From: Malacoraja senta
Lineage: Eukaryota
Assembly (NCBI GenBank): GCA_038087875.1
Contig: CM075989.1
Coordinates: forward strand, 19,222,001 to 19,286,000
DNA length: 64,000 bases
Direction of reading: 5' to 3'
Below, piece by piece: positions 25,969 to 39,550 of the stretch. A program made the position numbers and the translations under genes. Every line of letters begins with the position of its first letter. Position 1 is the first letter of the stretch. A model generated the notes under the pieces. That model searched no databases. It was not told the origin of the DNA and saw only the letters and a list, made by a program, of their open reading frames with translations.

Positions 25969-26516
25969 TTTCACACAAAGGGTGGTGGGTGTATGGAACG
26001 AGCTGCCAGAGGAGGTAGTTGAGGCTGGGACTATCCCAACGTTAAAGAAACAGCTAGACAGGTACATGGATAGGACAGGTTTGGAGGGAAATGGACCAAA
26101 CGCTGGCAGGTGGGACCAGTGTAACTGGGACATGTTGGCCAGTGCGGGCGAGTTGGGCCGAAGGGCCTGTTTCCACACTGTATCACTCTATGACTCTAAA
26201 CTTTACCGCTGTGCCACCGTGCCACCCTATTTAGTTATTAGTTTATTGAATTAAAAGTTGATTGGTCACAAAATCAAAAAAGAGCACAGTATATTAATAG
26301 AAAAAATGTTGATAAACGCAGTTTAACTTTGAATTGATATGGAAATCAGCAACTTGTTGTCTACAATAAAAGCACTGATAAAAAATGATCAAAAATATAA
26401 TTCATACTTTATACCAAACAATGGATTATCTGGTTAGCTTTTTAAAGTTGTTAAGGATTTTAATTGTTTCAAGATTATTGATTATTTAACTGCGGTACCA
26501 CTTTGTCACTTCCTAC

Positions 26517-26673
26517 CTCCGTTATAGGATTGGATGCAAGGACTTTATCTTCGACACAATCCTTGCTGCTGGATTTGCTGACAGTGGCAAAATATCTCAT
26601 GGCATATCGGGCAGATACTGTCTTGCCTGCACCAGACTCTCCGCTCACGATGATAGACTGGTTCCGATTCTTC
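26517..26673 (-). CDS. MYO5C: Myosin Vc exon 5 (P-loop: [28 protein letters not shown]...ASNPITE)
   Basis: 157 nt, gttag|...|gtagga. Confidence 0.96.
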
Positions 26674-27671
26674 CTAACATTAGGAGGCATAGCATTTAGT
26701 TCCCCTTCAAGGAATCTTCATCTGCTTGAAACACAACTAAAATTAATAGTACATGACCTTGTGAGAAAACATTCATAAATTGAAGCCAGGGGAAGCTGTA
26801 GAAGTGGATGCAATTAAGACTTTTAAAAGACATTAATGATATAGGGACAGATATAGGGATAGGAAGGGTTTAGATGGCTATGGACCAAATAGGACTAGCT
26901 TATTTAGCATAGCCAAAATAGGTTGAAGGGCCTGTTTCCATGCTGTCCAGCTGTACATTGAAGAGGCAAACACATCCAACATATGGTGACTAGGATTGTT
27001 GGCATCCTAAAATAAGATTAGCACTTAGTCATTGTATCCAAATCTCAAATAACTATCAGCAGTTCTTGATTGAAAGATACAGCATGGAAAAAGGCCCTTC
27101 GGTCTACCAAGTCCATGCTGACCCGTTCTAATTAGTTCTTCTATGTTGTCCCATTTTCTCATTCACATCCTACACATTAGGGGCACGTTTATAAGCTAAC
27201 TAACCTAAAAACCAGCACGTATTGTGTTATAAAAACCACATATTGGGGCAGGAAACCGGAGCACCCAGAGGAAGCCCACGTGGTCACAGGGAGAACGTGC
27301 AAACTCCGCACGGACAACACCAAAGGTCAGGATCGAACCCGGGTCTCCGGCGCCGTGAGGCAGCAGCTCTACCCTAAGGCAGTATCTTCCATTGGCCAAC
27401 ATTGAAAACACTTTATAAATACTAATCACATACAAAATGGCGGGGGATGGAAGGAGGAATGGTCAGGCCTTGGTAACATCCAAAAACCTGATGCACTTTT
27501 GAAACCCGGGATTTTCATTGAACAGTATCGGATTTCCGCTTGAAAGTGGAATGATTTAGATGGCATTTGTTGTGGTGCAATTACAATCTCACAGAAACGT
27601 TACACATGTCACCATAATTCATGGACATGGATCGGACTTTCATTTTGAACCCAGCGGATGGAGGGATTAAC

Positions 27672-27816
27672 CTGGCCATTTGCTTGTACGCTTCCTCTGC
27701 CACTGCAAAGATATGAGGATCCATATCGCCCATGTTCCGCCCACAGTAGGCATGGATGATGACATCTCCATAGATGGGTAGCTGTTTGTATGGATTAATA
27801 GCCACAAGTATGATAC
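27672..27816 (-). CDS. MYO5C: Myosin Vc exon 4 ([16 protein letters not shown]...[17 protein letters not shown])
   Basis: 145 nt, tttag|...|gttaat; phase consistent. Confidence 0.95.
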
Positions 27817-28889
27817 CTAAAACAAATCAGAAACAACAGTTACCTTTATATACTAAAAGACAAGGGGGTGGGAAGGGGGGGTCACAGTGGCACAGCTGAT
27901 AGAGCTGCTGCCTCACAGTGCTAGAGACCCAGGTTCGATCCTGATCTCAGTTGCTGTCCGTGTGGAGTTTGCACATTCTCCCTGTGCCTACATGGGTTTC
28001 CTCTGGGTGCTCCATTTTCCTCCCACATCCTAAAGATGTGCAGATTTGTAGGTTAATTGGCCTCTGCAAATTGCCCCTAGTGTGTAAGGAGTGGATGAGA
28101 AAGTGGGATAACATAGAACTATTGTGAGTGTGTGATCAATGGTCAACATGGAGCCTTTCCTGATTGAATGCTACATCTTTCATTCAATCACTAAAATTTG
28201 GACGGATATATGGACTGGAAGGATTTGGGGCCAAATGCTAGTAAATGGGACTAGCCAGCTTGCTAACTTGGTCGGAATGGGCAAGGACGGCTGAACGGCC
28301 TCTTACCATGCTAAACAGCTTTTAGTTTTAGATTTAGAGATACAGTGTGGAAACAGGCCCTCCGGCCCACCAAGTCCATGCCGACCAATGATCACCCGTA
28401 CATTAGTTCTGTTCTACACACTCGGGAATATTTACAGAAGCCAATGAACCGACAAACCGAAATTTGGAATGTGGGTGGAAACCTGAGCACCAGGAGAAAA
28501 CCCACACGGTCACGGGGAGAACGTACAAACACCGTACAGAGAGCACCCGTGCTCGGGACCAAACCCGGGTCTCTGGCGCTGTGAGGCATCAACTCTAGCA
28601 ATGAGCCACTGTACCGCCCAAATGTTCACACTCAGAGCATGGCTGATTAAATACAGGATTTGATCTGTGAAACAATTTTTAACCTAGTATGTAAATCCAC
28701 GGTTTATCGTGGTTAACTGGTAGGACTGAAACACAGACTGTCTACTTTAGTAACAGGTGCCGACTCACCCAAGGCCGAGTACATCCGTAGTCAGGATCAA
28801 ACCTGGGTCACTGGCGCTGTAAGGCAGCAACTCCACCGCTTGCGCCACTGTGTTGCCCTCTATGACTCTATTTACCCTTTGCAGCTTCA

Positions 28890-29188
28890 TTAGTTTAGTT
28901 TGGAGATACAACGCGGGAACAGGCCCTTCGTCCCACCAAGTCCGCGCCGATCAGCGATCCCCGCACACCAACGCTATCCAACACACACACTAGGGACAAT
29001 TTACAATTTAACCTACAAACCTGCACCTCTTTGGAGTGTGGGAGGAAACTGGAGCACCTGGAGAAAACCCACGCTGGCCACGGGGAGAAGGTACAAACTG
29101 CGTTCAGACAAGCACCCGTGGTCAGGATCGAACCCGGGTCCTCGGTGCTGTAAGGCTGCAGCTCTACCGCTGCGCCACCGTGCTGCCC
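28890..29188 (-). mobile_element. V-SINE (HE1-like) next to the MYO5C exon 3 donor
   Basis: Full-length copy starting about 9 nt after the GT donor. Confidence 0.85.
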
Positions 29189-29197
29189 ATAACTTAC

Positions 29198-29369
29198 CAC
29201 AGTAAGTGTAGATGAGTTTGGAATCCACGAAGCGGACCTTGAGGTTGTGTAGAACGGCGGGCTCGTGGAGGTAACTGAGCGCTGTGAGGTCATTCTCACC
29301 CACCAGGATCTCCGGGTTCCGCAGAGGCGGCAACAGTGACTTCACCGGATCCACCGGATATTTCAGCTC
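29198..29369 (-). CDS. MYO5C: Myosin Vc exon 3 (ELKYPVDP...[43 protein letters not shown])
   Basis: 172 nt, tttag|...|gtaagt; start of the motor domain. Confidence 0.95.
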
Positions 29370-29914
29370 CTAAAATGCCCAAAACAAACAGTGAAAGAAA
29401 GGAATGTTTCCTTTTCAAATGTACTTGTTGGAATTATGCACTGATCTAGATTCGCCAGGATTACAACGACAGCGGAAATTTAGTATCAAACCAATTCCTC
29501 GACAGCATGAATCAGAGATGCCATGTTTTTATAAATGCCTTGTTTTCAAACTTGACAAACCTTTAGACTTTATTTTAAAGACACAGCACAGAAACAGGCT
29601 CTTCGGCCTACCGAGTCCGCGCCGACCAGTAATCACCCCGTACACTAGCACTATCCTACACACACTGGGGACAATTTACAATTTTACCGAAGCCAATTTA
29701 CCTTCCAACCTGTACGTCTTTGGAGTGTGGGGGGAAACCGGAGCACCCGGGAAAACTCACGCGTTCACCCGGGATAATTTTTCAGCTCAGGACCTTCTTC
29801 AGCTGTGGGAGAACATAGGTTTGCAGTGAAAGTTTCAGGCTCGTCCATAACCCAAATGGTAATAGAAATATCCAAAAATGGAAGGGATGAGTTGGGGGTG
29901 AAGGAGAGGGAGGA

Positions 29915-30510
29915 TGAAGAATTAGGCATGTCCCCCACAACTCTCACCCACTTCTACAGATGCGCCGTAGAAAGCATTTTATCGGGATGAATCACAGCAT
30001 GGTTTGGAAACAGCTCCATCCAAGACAGCAGGAAATTGCAGCGAATTGTGGACGCAGCTCAGACCATCACACAAACCAACCTCCCTTCCATTGACTCCAT
30101 TTATACCTCACTCTGCCTCGGCAAGGCCAGCAGCATAACCAAGAATGAGTCGCACCCTGGCCACTCCCTCTGCTCCCCTCTCCCATCAGGCAAAAGGTAC
30201 AGAAGTGTGAAAACGCACACCTCCAGATTCAGGGACAATTTCTTCCCAGCTGTTATCAGGCAACTACTACAACTAGAGAGCAGTGCTGAACAACTATCTA
30301 CCTTTCTGGTGACCCTCGGACTATCCTTGATCGGACTTTGCTGGCTTTACGATGCACTAAACGTTATTCCCTTATCATGTATCTATACACTGTAAATGGC
30401 TCGATTGTAATCGTGCATTGTCTTTCCGCTAACTGGATAGCACGCAACAAACGCTTTTCTCTGTACCTCGGCACACGTGACAATAAACTAAACTGAACTG
30501 AGCTGAACTG
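29915..30510 (+). mobile_element. Rex1/Babar-type LINE 3' fragment
   Basis: FYRCAVESILSG...QRIVDAAQTIT...PSGKRYRSVKTHTSRFRDNFFPAVIRQL; tail (aactg)n. Confidence 0.8.
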
Positions 30511-33500
30511 ATCTCTACACAATAGGGACAAGTTATGTGTAAGAAGGAACTATAGATGCTGCTTTAAACCAAAGATAGAAACAATAAGCTGGAGTAACTC
30601 AGCGGACCAGGCAGCACCTCTGGAGAGAAGGAATGGGGGGGGGGGGGGGGCGTTTCGGGTCGAGACCCTTCTACAGACCGTCTCGACCCGAAACGTCACC
30701 CATTCCTTCCCTCCAGAGATGCTGCCTGTCCCGCAGAGTTACTCCAGAAATGGAAAGAATCTATCCAAAGGTTGAGTTTAGCCACATTCATATCTTTCTA
30801 AAGTTGTAATATTAGAAGTACAAACATGCTCATTAAATGCAGTCATATGTTAGCCTTTGTCACCACTGCGAAAAAGAATTTGAAGAATGTTCCCTCCTAT
30901 ATTCTCGATCCACGTGAAAGGCTTTTAGGCAAATGAAGAGCCAAGAGGGTGGAGAAACCTGTTTGACTGGCATCTCCATATTTAGTTTCAGGTACAATAG
31001 ACATTCAAAACCATGCTTAAAAACAAATCAAATGAAATAATCAGGAGAATAGATGAAGCTCACAAAGAAATCAAGAGAACTGAAATAAATAAAGGAACTT
31101 GCATTCTTTCCCGTGAATGAAGGAACTGCAGATGCCAAAAATGTTCGCCGAAACGTTCTATCTCCTGAGCGGTAGAATTGCTGCCTTGCAGCGCCAGAGA
31201 CCCGGGTTTGATCCTGACTACGGAGCTGACAGTAGGGAGTTTGTATGTTTCCCCCTGTCACCACGGGTTTTCTCCGGGTGCTCTGGTTTCCTCCCACACC
31301 CCAAAGACGTGCAGGTTTGTAGGTTAATTGGCCTCGTTAAAAATGATAATTTCCCCTAGTGTGTGTAGGATAGTGCTAGTGTACGGGGTGATCGCTGGTC
31401 TGCACGGAGTAGGTGGGCCGACGGGCCCAGTTTCAACGCTGTATCTCTAAAGTCTAAAGATTGCTCAGCTATTGATTATACACCAGACAGGAACAATAAC
31501 TTGGGGGACTGCAGAAACCATGGTCTGTGGAAAATTGGAGGGAAAAGTGTAGCGATGACCGCAATGATGATGTGTTTAGACGTTGTTAGTTTAGAGACAC
31601 AGCATGGAAACAGGCGTTCAGCACACCGAGTCCACGCTGACCAACAATCACCCATACACCAGTCCCACCCTGCATGTTAGGGACAATTTACAGAGCCAAT
31701 TAACCGACAAACCTGGACAGCTTTGGAGAGTGGGAGGAAACCGGAGCATCCGGAAAAATCCCATGTGGTCACAGGGAGAACGTACAAACTCAATAGACAA
31801 TAGGTGCAGGAGTAGGCCAATTCGGCCCTTCGAGCCAGCACCGCCATTCACAGTGATCACGGCTGATCATCCACAATCAGTACCCCATTCCTGCCTTCTC
31901 ACCATATCCCCTGACTCCGCTATCTCGAAGAGCTCTATCTAACGCTCTCTTGAAAGAATCCAGAAAATTGGCCTCCACTGCCTTCTGAGATTCACAACCT
32001 TCTGTGTGAAAAAGTTTTTCCTCATCTCCGTTCTAAATGGCCTACCCCTTATACAGACTGCACCCGTAGTCAAGATGAAACCCGGGTCTCTGGCGCTGTA
32101 AGGCATCAACTCTACCGCTGCGCCACTGTGCGGCCCCAGTGTTGACTCAGTGCATGGCTGGCTTAACATATAATTTGGACTGTGAAACAATTTTTAACCC
32201 AGTATGTAAATCCACAGTTTATCTTGGTTAACTAGTAGGACTGAAACACAGGCTGTCCACTTCATTAACCAGGTGCTGACTCAGCTATGACTGATTTCCA
32301 ACATTAGCAAGTTTGTTCCTTAATGTCACACTGAGTATAGAGAGTCATAGTGTGGAAGCATAGTGTGGAAACGGGCCCTTTGACCCAACTTGCCCAACAT
32401 GTCCCAGCTACACTAGTCCCACCTGCCTGCGCTTGGTCCATATCCCTCCAAACCTGTCCTATCCATGTACCTGTCTAACTGTTTCTTAAACATTGGGATA
32501 GTCCCAGCCTTAACTACCTCATCTGGCAGCTTGTTCCATACACCCACCACCCTTTGTGTGGAAAAAGTTACCCCTTAGATTCCTATTAAATCTTTTCCCC
32601 TTCAACTTGAACCAATGTCCTCTGGTCCTCGATTCCCCTACTCTGGGCAAGAGACTCTGTCATCTCTGTCCATCTAACCAATCTATTCCTCTCATGACGC
32701 TGTACACCTCTATAAGATCACCCCTCTTCCTCCTGCGCTCCAAGGCATAGAGACCCAGCCTATTCAACCACTCCCTGTAGCTCACACCCTCTAGTCCTGG
32801 CAACATCCTCATAAATATCTATCAGGCCTTATTGCAAAATCTCTAATGGTAACCTCTCAACTGGTTTGGAGACTTCAAACACATCTTCTGTGGTGTGTTT
32901 GTCTGAATGCAGGTTATGAGAGCTCTTGGCAGCTCATGTCAAACACGCTAGTCACTGTTTGACAGAACAAAGGGAACAAATTGTACTGGAAACACTTTGA
33001 AAGAAATCGGTTGAGCATCTTTATGTGCCAAGCGTAGGCAAGGAGATTTACTCCAATACCAAACCTACAGCCGTTATATTCTAGAGAGATTCAAGGCACT
33101 GCAGATGCTGCAATCTTGAGCAAAGCACAAAGTGCTGGAGGAACTCAACAGATCCGGGAGCAACTGGAGGGCACGGTGGTGCAGCAGTAGAGTTGCTGCC
33201 TTACAGCACCAGAGACCCAGGTTCAATCCTGACTACATGTGCTGCCTCTATGGAGTTTGTACGTTCTCCCCGTGACCGCGTGGGTTTTCTCTGGATTTTC
33301 CTCCCACATTCCAAAGACGTACAGGTTTGTAAGTTAATTGGCTTTGGGAACAATTATAAATTGTCCCCAAGTGTGGAATGTGTGCTTGTATAATGGGGAT
33401 CGCTGGTCGGCACGGTGGGCCGAAGAACCTGATTCCATCTCGAAACTAAACTAATCTGTGGAGGGAATGGACAGTTGACGTTTTGGGTCGGGACCCTTCT

Positions 33501-35137
33501 TCAGACTGACGGGGGAAGAAAGCTGGAGAAGAGAGGAGAGGGTGGGGCAAAGCCTGGTGAGCGATAGGTGGATACAGGTGAGGGGTGGGGGAGAGGGGTG
33601 ATTAACGGATGGGTGGAGTAAGTGAGAAAGGCTGGAGGTGAAGAAGGGGTAAAAGGGGCTCGAATGACTAATGAGAGGGTGTCAGAGAACAAGGATGTGA
33701 ACAAAGGAGTCGGAAGAAGCGTCTCGACCCGAAACATTCAGTCCAGAGATGCTGCCTGTTTCGCTGAGTTACTCCAGCATTTTGTGTCTATCTTCGATTT
33801 AAACCAGCATCTACAGTTCTTTCCTACACAAAGATGTGGAATATTCACTTTTACAAGGTGGGCCTTTGTACGCCTAAACTCCATTGAAATTAAAAGTTTA
33901 ATTTAAAACCTCAGCCGGTACAGCAATGATGTGGAGCGTCAAGAGCGTTTCATTGTCAGTGAGTTTGTATCAGCAAGATGACAATGCAACGCTGCAACAT
34001 AACAGGCCCATTAACCCAATGGCGCACAGATAAATAATCAATAACCCAATAAATTCATCACAGTAATACTACGTAACCATAACATTATAAAAGGACTGGA
34101 CAAGCTAGATGCAGGAAAAATGTTCCCAATGTTGGGCGAGTCCAGAACCAGGGGCCACAGTCTTAGAATAAAGGGGAGGTCATTTAAGACTGAGGTGAGA
34201 AAAACTTTTTCACCCAGAGAGTTGTGAATTTGTGGAATTCCCTGCCACAGAGGGCAGTGGAGGCCAAGTCACTGGATGGATTTAAGAGAGAGTTAGATAG
34301 AGCTCATGGGGCTAGTGGAGTCAAGGGATATGGGGAGAAGGCAGGCACGGGTTATTGATAGGGGACGATCAGCCATGATCACAATGAATGGCGGTGCTGG
34401 CTCGAAGGGCCAAATGGCCTCCTCCTGCACCTATTTTCTATGTTTCTATAACAGTGCAAAACCAAAGTCCAAAGTGAAACTAAAGACACAGAATACCAAA
34501 TCCAAGATGGTGCCCAAGCAAGGTCGCTCTTTGTGTCACAGGAGTGGATCTGCAATCACACATAACAATCGCTCCACTCTTTTAAATCTCTCCTCTGGCA
34601 GCAGCATTTTTAAACTTTAACTGTGCTCATGCCAGAGACCTGGGTTCAATCCCGACTACGGGTGCTGTCTGTACGAAGTAGGTGCGTTCTCCCCTGACCT
34701 GCGTGGGTTTTCTCCGGGAGCTCCAGTTTCCTCCCGCACTCCAAAGACCTGCAGGTTTGTCGGTTAATTGGCTTGGTTAAGATTGTAAATTGTCCCTAGT
34801 GGATGCGAGCTAGTGTTAGTGAACGGGGATCGCTGGTCAGCCTGGACTCTGTGGGCCAAAGGGCCTGTTTCCACACTGTGTCTCTAAACTGGGGTGGGAG
34901 ATTGCAACCTTCACGTGGTCGACCCTGTTTCGACGAATGCAATCAACCCGACGTGCACAATCAAATAGAACAAGCTGTCCTACAACTTTAGGCTGTGCAC
35001 GCCATACACAAGAAGAAGTCCTTGAAACTAAACTAAACATGGATCTCTAATGAGTAAAAGCAATAGTTGATTGATTTGGCAAGCTTTTCAAACTGTGCAT
35101 CAAATAAAACCAGTTATATATTTCACTGCCAACTTAC

Positions 35138-35248
35138 TGTGCCATCTTCCAGCTGCAGGAGTAGTACATCAGATCCCCTCTGATAGTCCTTGGCGATCTC
35201 TGCCGGGCACCAGACTTCATCAGGGTCAGGAATCCAAACACTATTGAA
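35138..35248 (-). CDS. MYO5C: Myosin Vc exon 2 ([37 protein letters not shown])
   Basis: 111 nt, cacag|...|gtaagt; SH3-like N-terminal segment of myosin V. Confidence 0.93.
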
Positions 35249-36534
35249 CTGTGAAACAGAGCAAAGAAACCAGGTGTTACATTAATATGGGTTAACGTAC
35301 GATTGAGGGAGTGCAGCATAGGTTCACCAGGTTAATTCCCGGGATGGCGGGACTGTCATATGTTGAACGAATGGAGCGACTGGGCTTGTATACACTAGAA
35401 TTTAGAAGGATGAGAGGGAATCTTATTGAAACATATAAGATTATTAAGGGATTGGACATTCTAGAGGCAGCAAACATGTTTTCCATGTTGGGGGAGTGCA
35501 GAACCAGGGGGCCACAGTTTAAGAATAAGGGATAGGCCATTTAGAACAGAGATGAGGAAAAACTTTTTCAGCCAGAGAGTTGTGAATCTGTAGAATTCTC
35601 TGCCTCAGAAGGCAGTGGAGGCCAATTCCCTGGATGCTTTCAAGAGAGTTAGATAAAGATAGCAGAGTCATGGGATATGGGGAGAAGGCAGGAACGGGGT
35701 TCTGATTGTGGATGATCAGCCATGATCACAGTGAATGGCGGTGCTGGTTGGAAGGGCCAAATGGCCTACTCCTGCACATATTGTCTATTGAGTGTTTAAC
35801 GGTGCTGGGCCTGTACCCGCTGGAGTTAAGAAGGATGAGGGGGGGGGGGGGGATCTCATTGAAACCGGATAGTGAAAGGCCTGGATAGTGGATGTGGAGA
35901 GCATGTTTCCACTAGTGGGAGAGTCTAGAACTAGAGGTCATAGCCTCAGAATTAAAGAACATACTTTTAGGAAGGAGACGAGGAGACATTTCTTTAGTCA
36001 CAAGATGGTGAATCTGTAGAATTGATTGCCACAGAAGGCTGTGGAGGCCGTCAATAGATATTTTTAAGATGGAGATTTGCAGATTCTTGATTAGTACGGG
36101 TGTCAGGGTTTATGGGGAGAAGGCAGGAGAACGGGGTTAGGAGGGAGAGATAGATCAGCCATGATTGAATGGCAGCATAGGCTTGATGAGCTGAATGGCC
36201 TAATTATGCTCCTACCACTTCTTAATATTGGAGACATTTTCTCACGTGTATTTGACCTTTGGCGTTTTCTGCCTGTACGGTGTGATTTGAGCAATTATGA
36301 TGTTAAGGAGGCCATACAGGTGCAGCTTTACAGGTCCATTAACACAATACATAAATAATATAAGAAAAAACATAATTAATTAATAATGATATGGTGACCA
36401 CTGCAAGAGTAGAAACAACACTTGCGATTATGTTCGGTCATCATTTTTCAGTATAACCTGATAGAGTCATGCAGCCAAGAAACAGGCCCTTCGGCCCAAC
36501 TTGCCCACTCCAATCAACAGGTCCCATCTACACT

Positions 36535-36897
36535 TAGATACATAGATACATAGAAAATAGGTGCAGGAGTAGGCCATTCGGCCCTTCGAGCCTGCACTGC
36601 CATTCAATATGATCATGGCTGATCATCCAACTCAGTATCCCGTACCTGCCTTCTCTCCATACCCCCTGATCCCTTTAGCCACAAGGGCCACATCTAACTC
36701 CCTCTTAAATATAGCCAATGAACTGGCCTCAACTACCCTCTGTGGCAGAGAGCTCCAGAGATTCACCACTCTCTGTGTGAAAAAGTTTTTCCTCATCTTG
36801 GTCTTAAAGGATTTCCCCCTTATCCTTAAGCTGTGACCCCTTGTCCTGGACTTCCCCAACATCGGGAACAATCTTCCTGCATCTAGCCTGTCCAACC
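36535..36897 (-). mobile_element. CR1-type LINE 3' fragment
   Basis: Reverse complement of the 21200-21563 subfamily. Confidence 0.88.
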
Positions 36898-36959
36898 CCA
36901 TGCCTGCATTTGGGCCATATCCCTCTAAACCTGTCCTATCCATGTGCCTGTCTAACTGT

Positions 36960-37455
36960 TAGAGAGTGTAGCGTAGGTTTACAAGGTTAATTCCTGGGAT
37001 GGCGGGACTGTCATATGCTGAGAGAATGGAGCAGCTGGGCTTGTACACTCTGGAGTTTAAAAGGATGAGAGGGGATCTCATTGAAACATATAAGATTGGT
37101 AAGGGCTTGGACACACTAGAGGCAGGAAACATGTTCCCGATGTTGGGGGAGTCCAGAACCATGGGCCACAGTTTAAGAATAAGGAGTAAGCCATTTAGAA
37201 TGGAGACAAGGAAACACTTTTTCTCACAGAGGGTGGTGAGTCTGTGGACTTCTCTGCCTCAGAGGGCGGTGCAGGCAGGTTCTCTGGATGCTTTCAAGAG
37301 AGAGCTAGATAGGGCTCTTAAAAATAGCAGAGTTAGGGGATATGGGGAGAAGGCAGGAACGGGGTACTGATTGGGGATGATCAGCCATGATCACATTGAA
37401 TGGCTGTGCTGGCTTGAAGGGCCAAATGGCCTACTCCTGCACCTATTGTCTATTG
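36960..37455 (+). mobile_element. CR1-type LINE 3' fragment, second subfamily
   Basis: MAGLSYAERMEQLGLYTLEF...; tail (tattgtc)n. Confidence 0.88.
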
Positions 37456-38988
37456 TTTCTTAAACGTTGGGATAGTCCCAGCCTCAACTACTTCCCTGGC
37501 AGCTCGTTCCATACCCCCACCACCCTTTGTGTGAAAAAGTTACCCCTCAGATTCCTATTATTATGTAATTATGAGAGATTATTAACTAATGATGACAACA
37601 TAGACTGAAGATGCTGGAATCTGGAGCAAAAACAACAAACTACTTGGTAGAACTCATTGGATCAAGCAGCATCTGTGGAGACAGAGTGAGGATCGAATAT
37701 CGGATCAAGTCTCTGCATCAGTTCTACAGATGGCACAGCGGTAGAGCTACTTACTGCCTTACAGCGCAGAGACTTGGGTTCAATTCTGACTACGGGTGCT
37801 TGTCTGCGCGGAGTTTGTACGTTCTCCCCGTGACCCGCGTGGGTTTCCTGTGAGATCTTCAATTTCCTCCCACACTCCAAAGACGTACGGGCGCATAGGT
37901 TAATTGGCTTGGTATAAAATGTACATTTGTCCCTAGTGTAGGGTGGTGTCAACGTGTGGGGATCGCTGGTCGGTGCGGACTCAGTGGGCCGACCGGCATG
38001 TTTCCGCGCTGTATCTCTAAACTAAACAAATCAGTTCTCTGCTTTTAGTGCAGTTAGCTTCTTTGGCCCAAAGTATTTTGCCTCTAACTAAACACAAGTT
38101 CACAAGTCATAGGAGTAGAATTAGGCCATTCGGCCCATCGAGTCTACTCCGCCATTCAATCATGGCTGATCTCTGCCTCCTAGTCCCATTCTCCTGCTCT
38201 TCTCCCCATACCCTCGACACCCGTACTAATCAAGAAACACAAGCCATGATATATTAGTACTGGGCAGTGGCGTGCATAGAAATGCCAATCATATGAGACA
38301 CAATGAACTGCAGGTGCGAGGTTTACATAAAATGACTCAAGGTGCTGGAGTAACTAAGGCTATAATTAAGGACATTTCCTTAAACAAATCTACAGCAGTT
38401 TAAAAGTCTGGATTATATGTGGCACCTGAAATGATGTAATGGTTTACATTGTGGGATGACCTGATATCTTCACGTTGTCAACATTCCAATAATCTTACTG
38501 CAAACGCCTTATGTAAATATGCGTGTGGATCTGTTTTTCTCTCTTACCCCAATTTGGTTAACTCCCTCCTCCTTCAATACAAATCAATTCGGAGTCTAAG
38601 AGTTTAAGATTTGCTACCATATTTTATGCAATCGCTTCCTCTTCTGACAATTCTAGTTTGAGAAGAAGGACTGGACGCCTAAATAAACACAGGAATTAAT
38701 ATTTAGAATCAGCCGACTCTCCATCTCTAATTTCCCTGGCAACGTTTAGTTAACTTTAGGGTTCCCTCGGGCAGCTCACAACGCAGTGGGGGAAAAGAAT
38801 TTCAAGCAAAGCAAGAATTTCATTGTCCTATCAGGGACACATGACAATAAACTCACTTGACTTGACCTGAACTGCAGATGCCAGTTTACACCGAAGAGTG
38901 ATACAAATTGTTGGAGTCACCCGAAACGTCACCCAATCCTTCTCCAGAGATGCTGCCTGGGACAGGCAGCATCTCTGGAGAAGGATTG

Positions 38989-39022
38989 GGTGACGTTTCG
39001 GGTCGAGACCCTTCTTCAGACC
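38989..39022 (-). ncRNA. Minimal type-I hammerhead ribozyme motif (intact core), MYO5C intron 1, sense strand
   Basis: ggt-CTGAAGA-A-GGGTC tc GACCC-GAAA-cg-TC-acc. Confidence 0.6.
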
Positions 39023-39516
39023 GATGTCAGGGGAGAGGGAGATATAGAGATAAGGTAGTGTAAGGTGTGAAAATAGGACAAAGGGAATGCAGATCAAGGA
39101 CAATGTCAAATAGATCATTGTTAGCTGGGAGAAGGTAACGACAGAGCAAACAGCGATAACATGTAGTCGGAGACAGTTGGAAAGCTGGGAAGGGGGAGTG
39201 ATGGTGAGAGAGGGAAAGCAAGGGTTACTTGGTTAAAGAAGTCAATGTCCGGAAGCTGCCCAAGTGAAATATGAGGTGCTGTTCCTCAGCGGTATGAATA
39301 TTGATTTCTCCAACTTCAAGTAACCCCGGCATTCCCTCTCTTTCCACCCCTCCCCCACCCAAGTCGCACCAGCTTCTCGTTTTCACCAAAAAAAAACAGC
39401 TAGCAATGGTCAGTTTCCTTTATCATCGTGATATTGTTTTGCATATCTTTCCTTCATTGTTCTACATCTCTCTACATCATCGTCTATATCTCTTGTTTCT
39501 CTTTCCCTTGACTATC

Positions 39517-39550
39517 AGTCTGAAGAAGGGTCTCGACCCGAAACGTCACC
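39517..39550 (+). ncRNA. Hammerhead motif (intact core, 2-bp stem I)
   Basis: agt-CTGAAGA-A-GGGTC tc GACCC-GAAA-cg-TC-acc. Confidence 0.5.

Noticed and set aside
28630..28768. Duplicated intronic C/D or H/ACA snoRNA
   Set aside because: Both copies end near CTGA on the sense strand, but there is no RTGATGA C-box or conserved H/ACA layout; kept only as a duplication.
36632..36943. 103-aa ORF
   Set aside because: Chimera of two adjacent or nested CR1 fragments.
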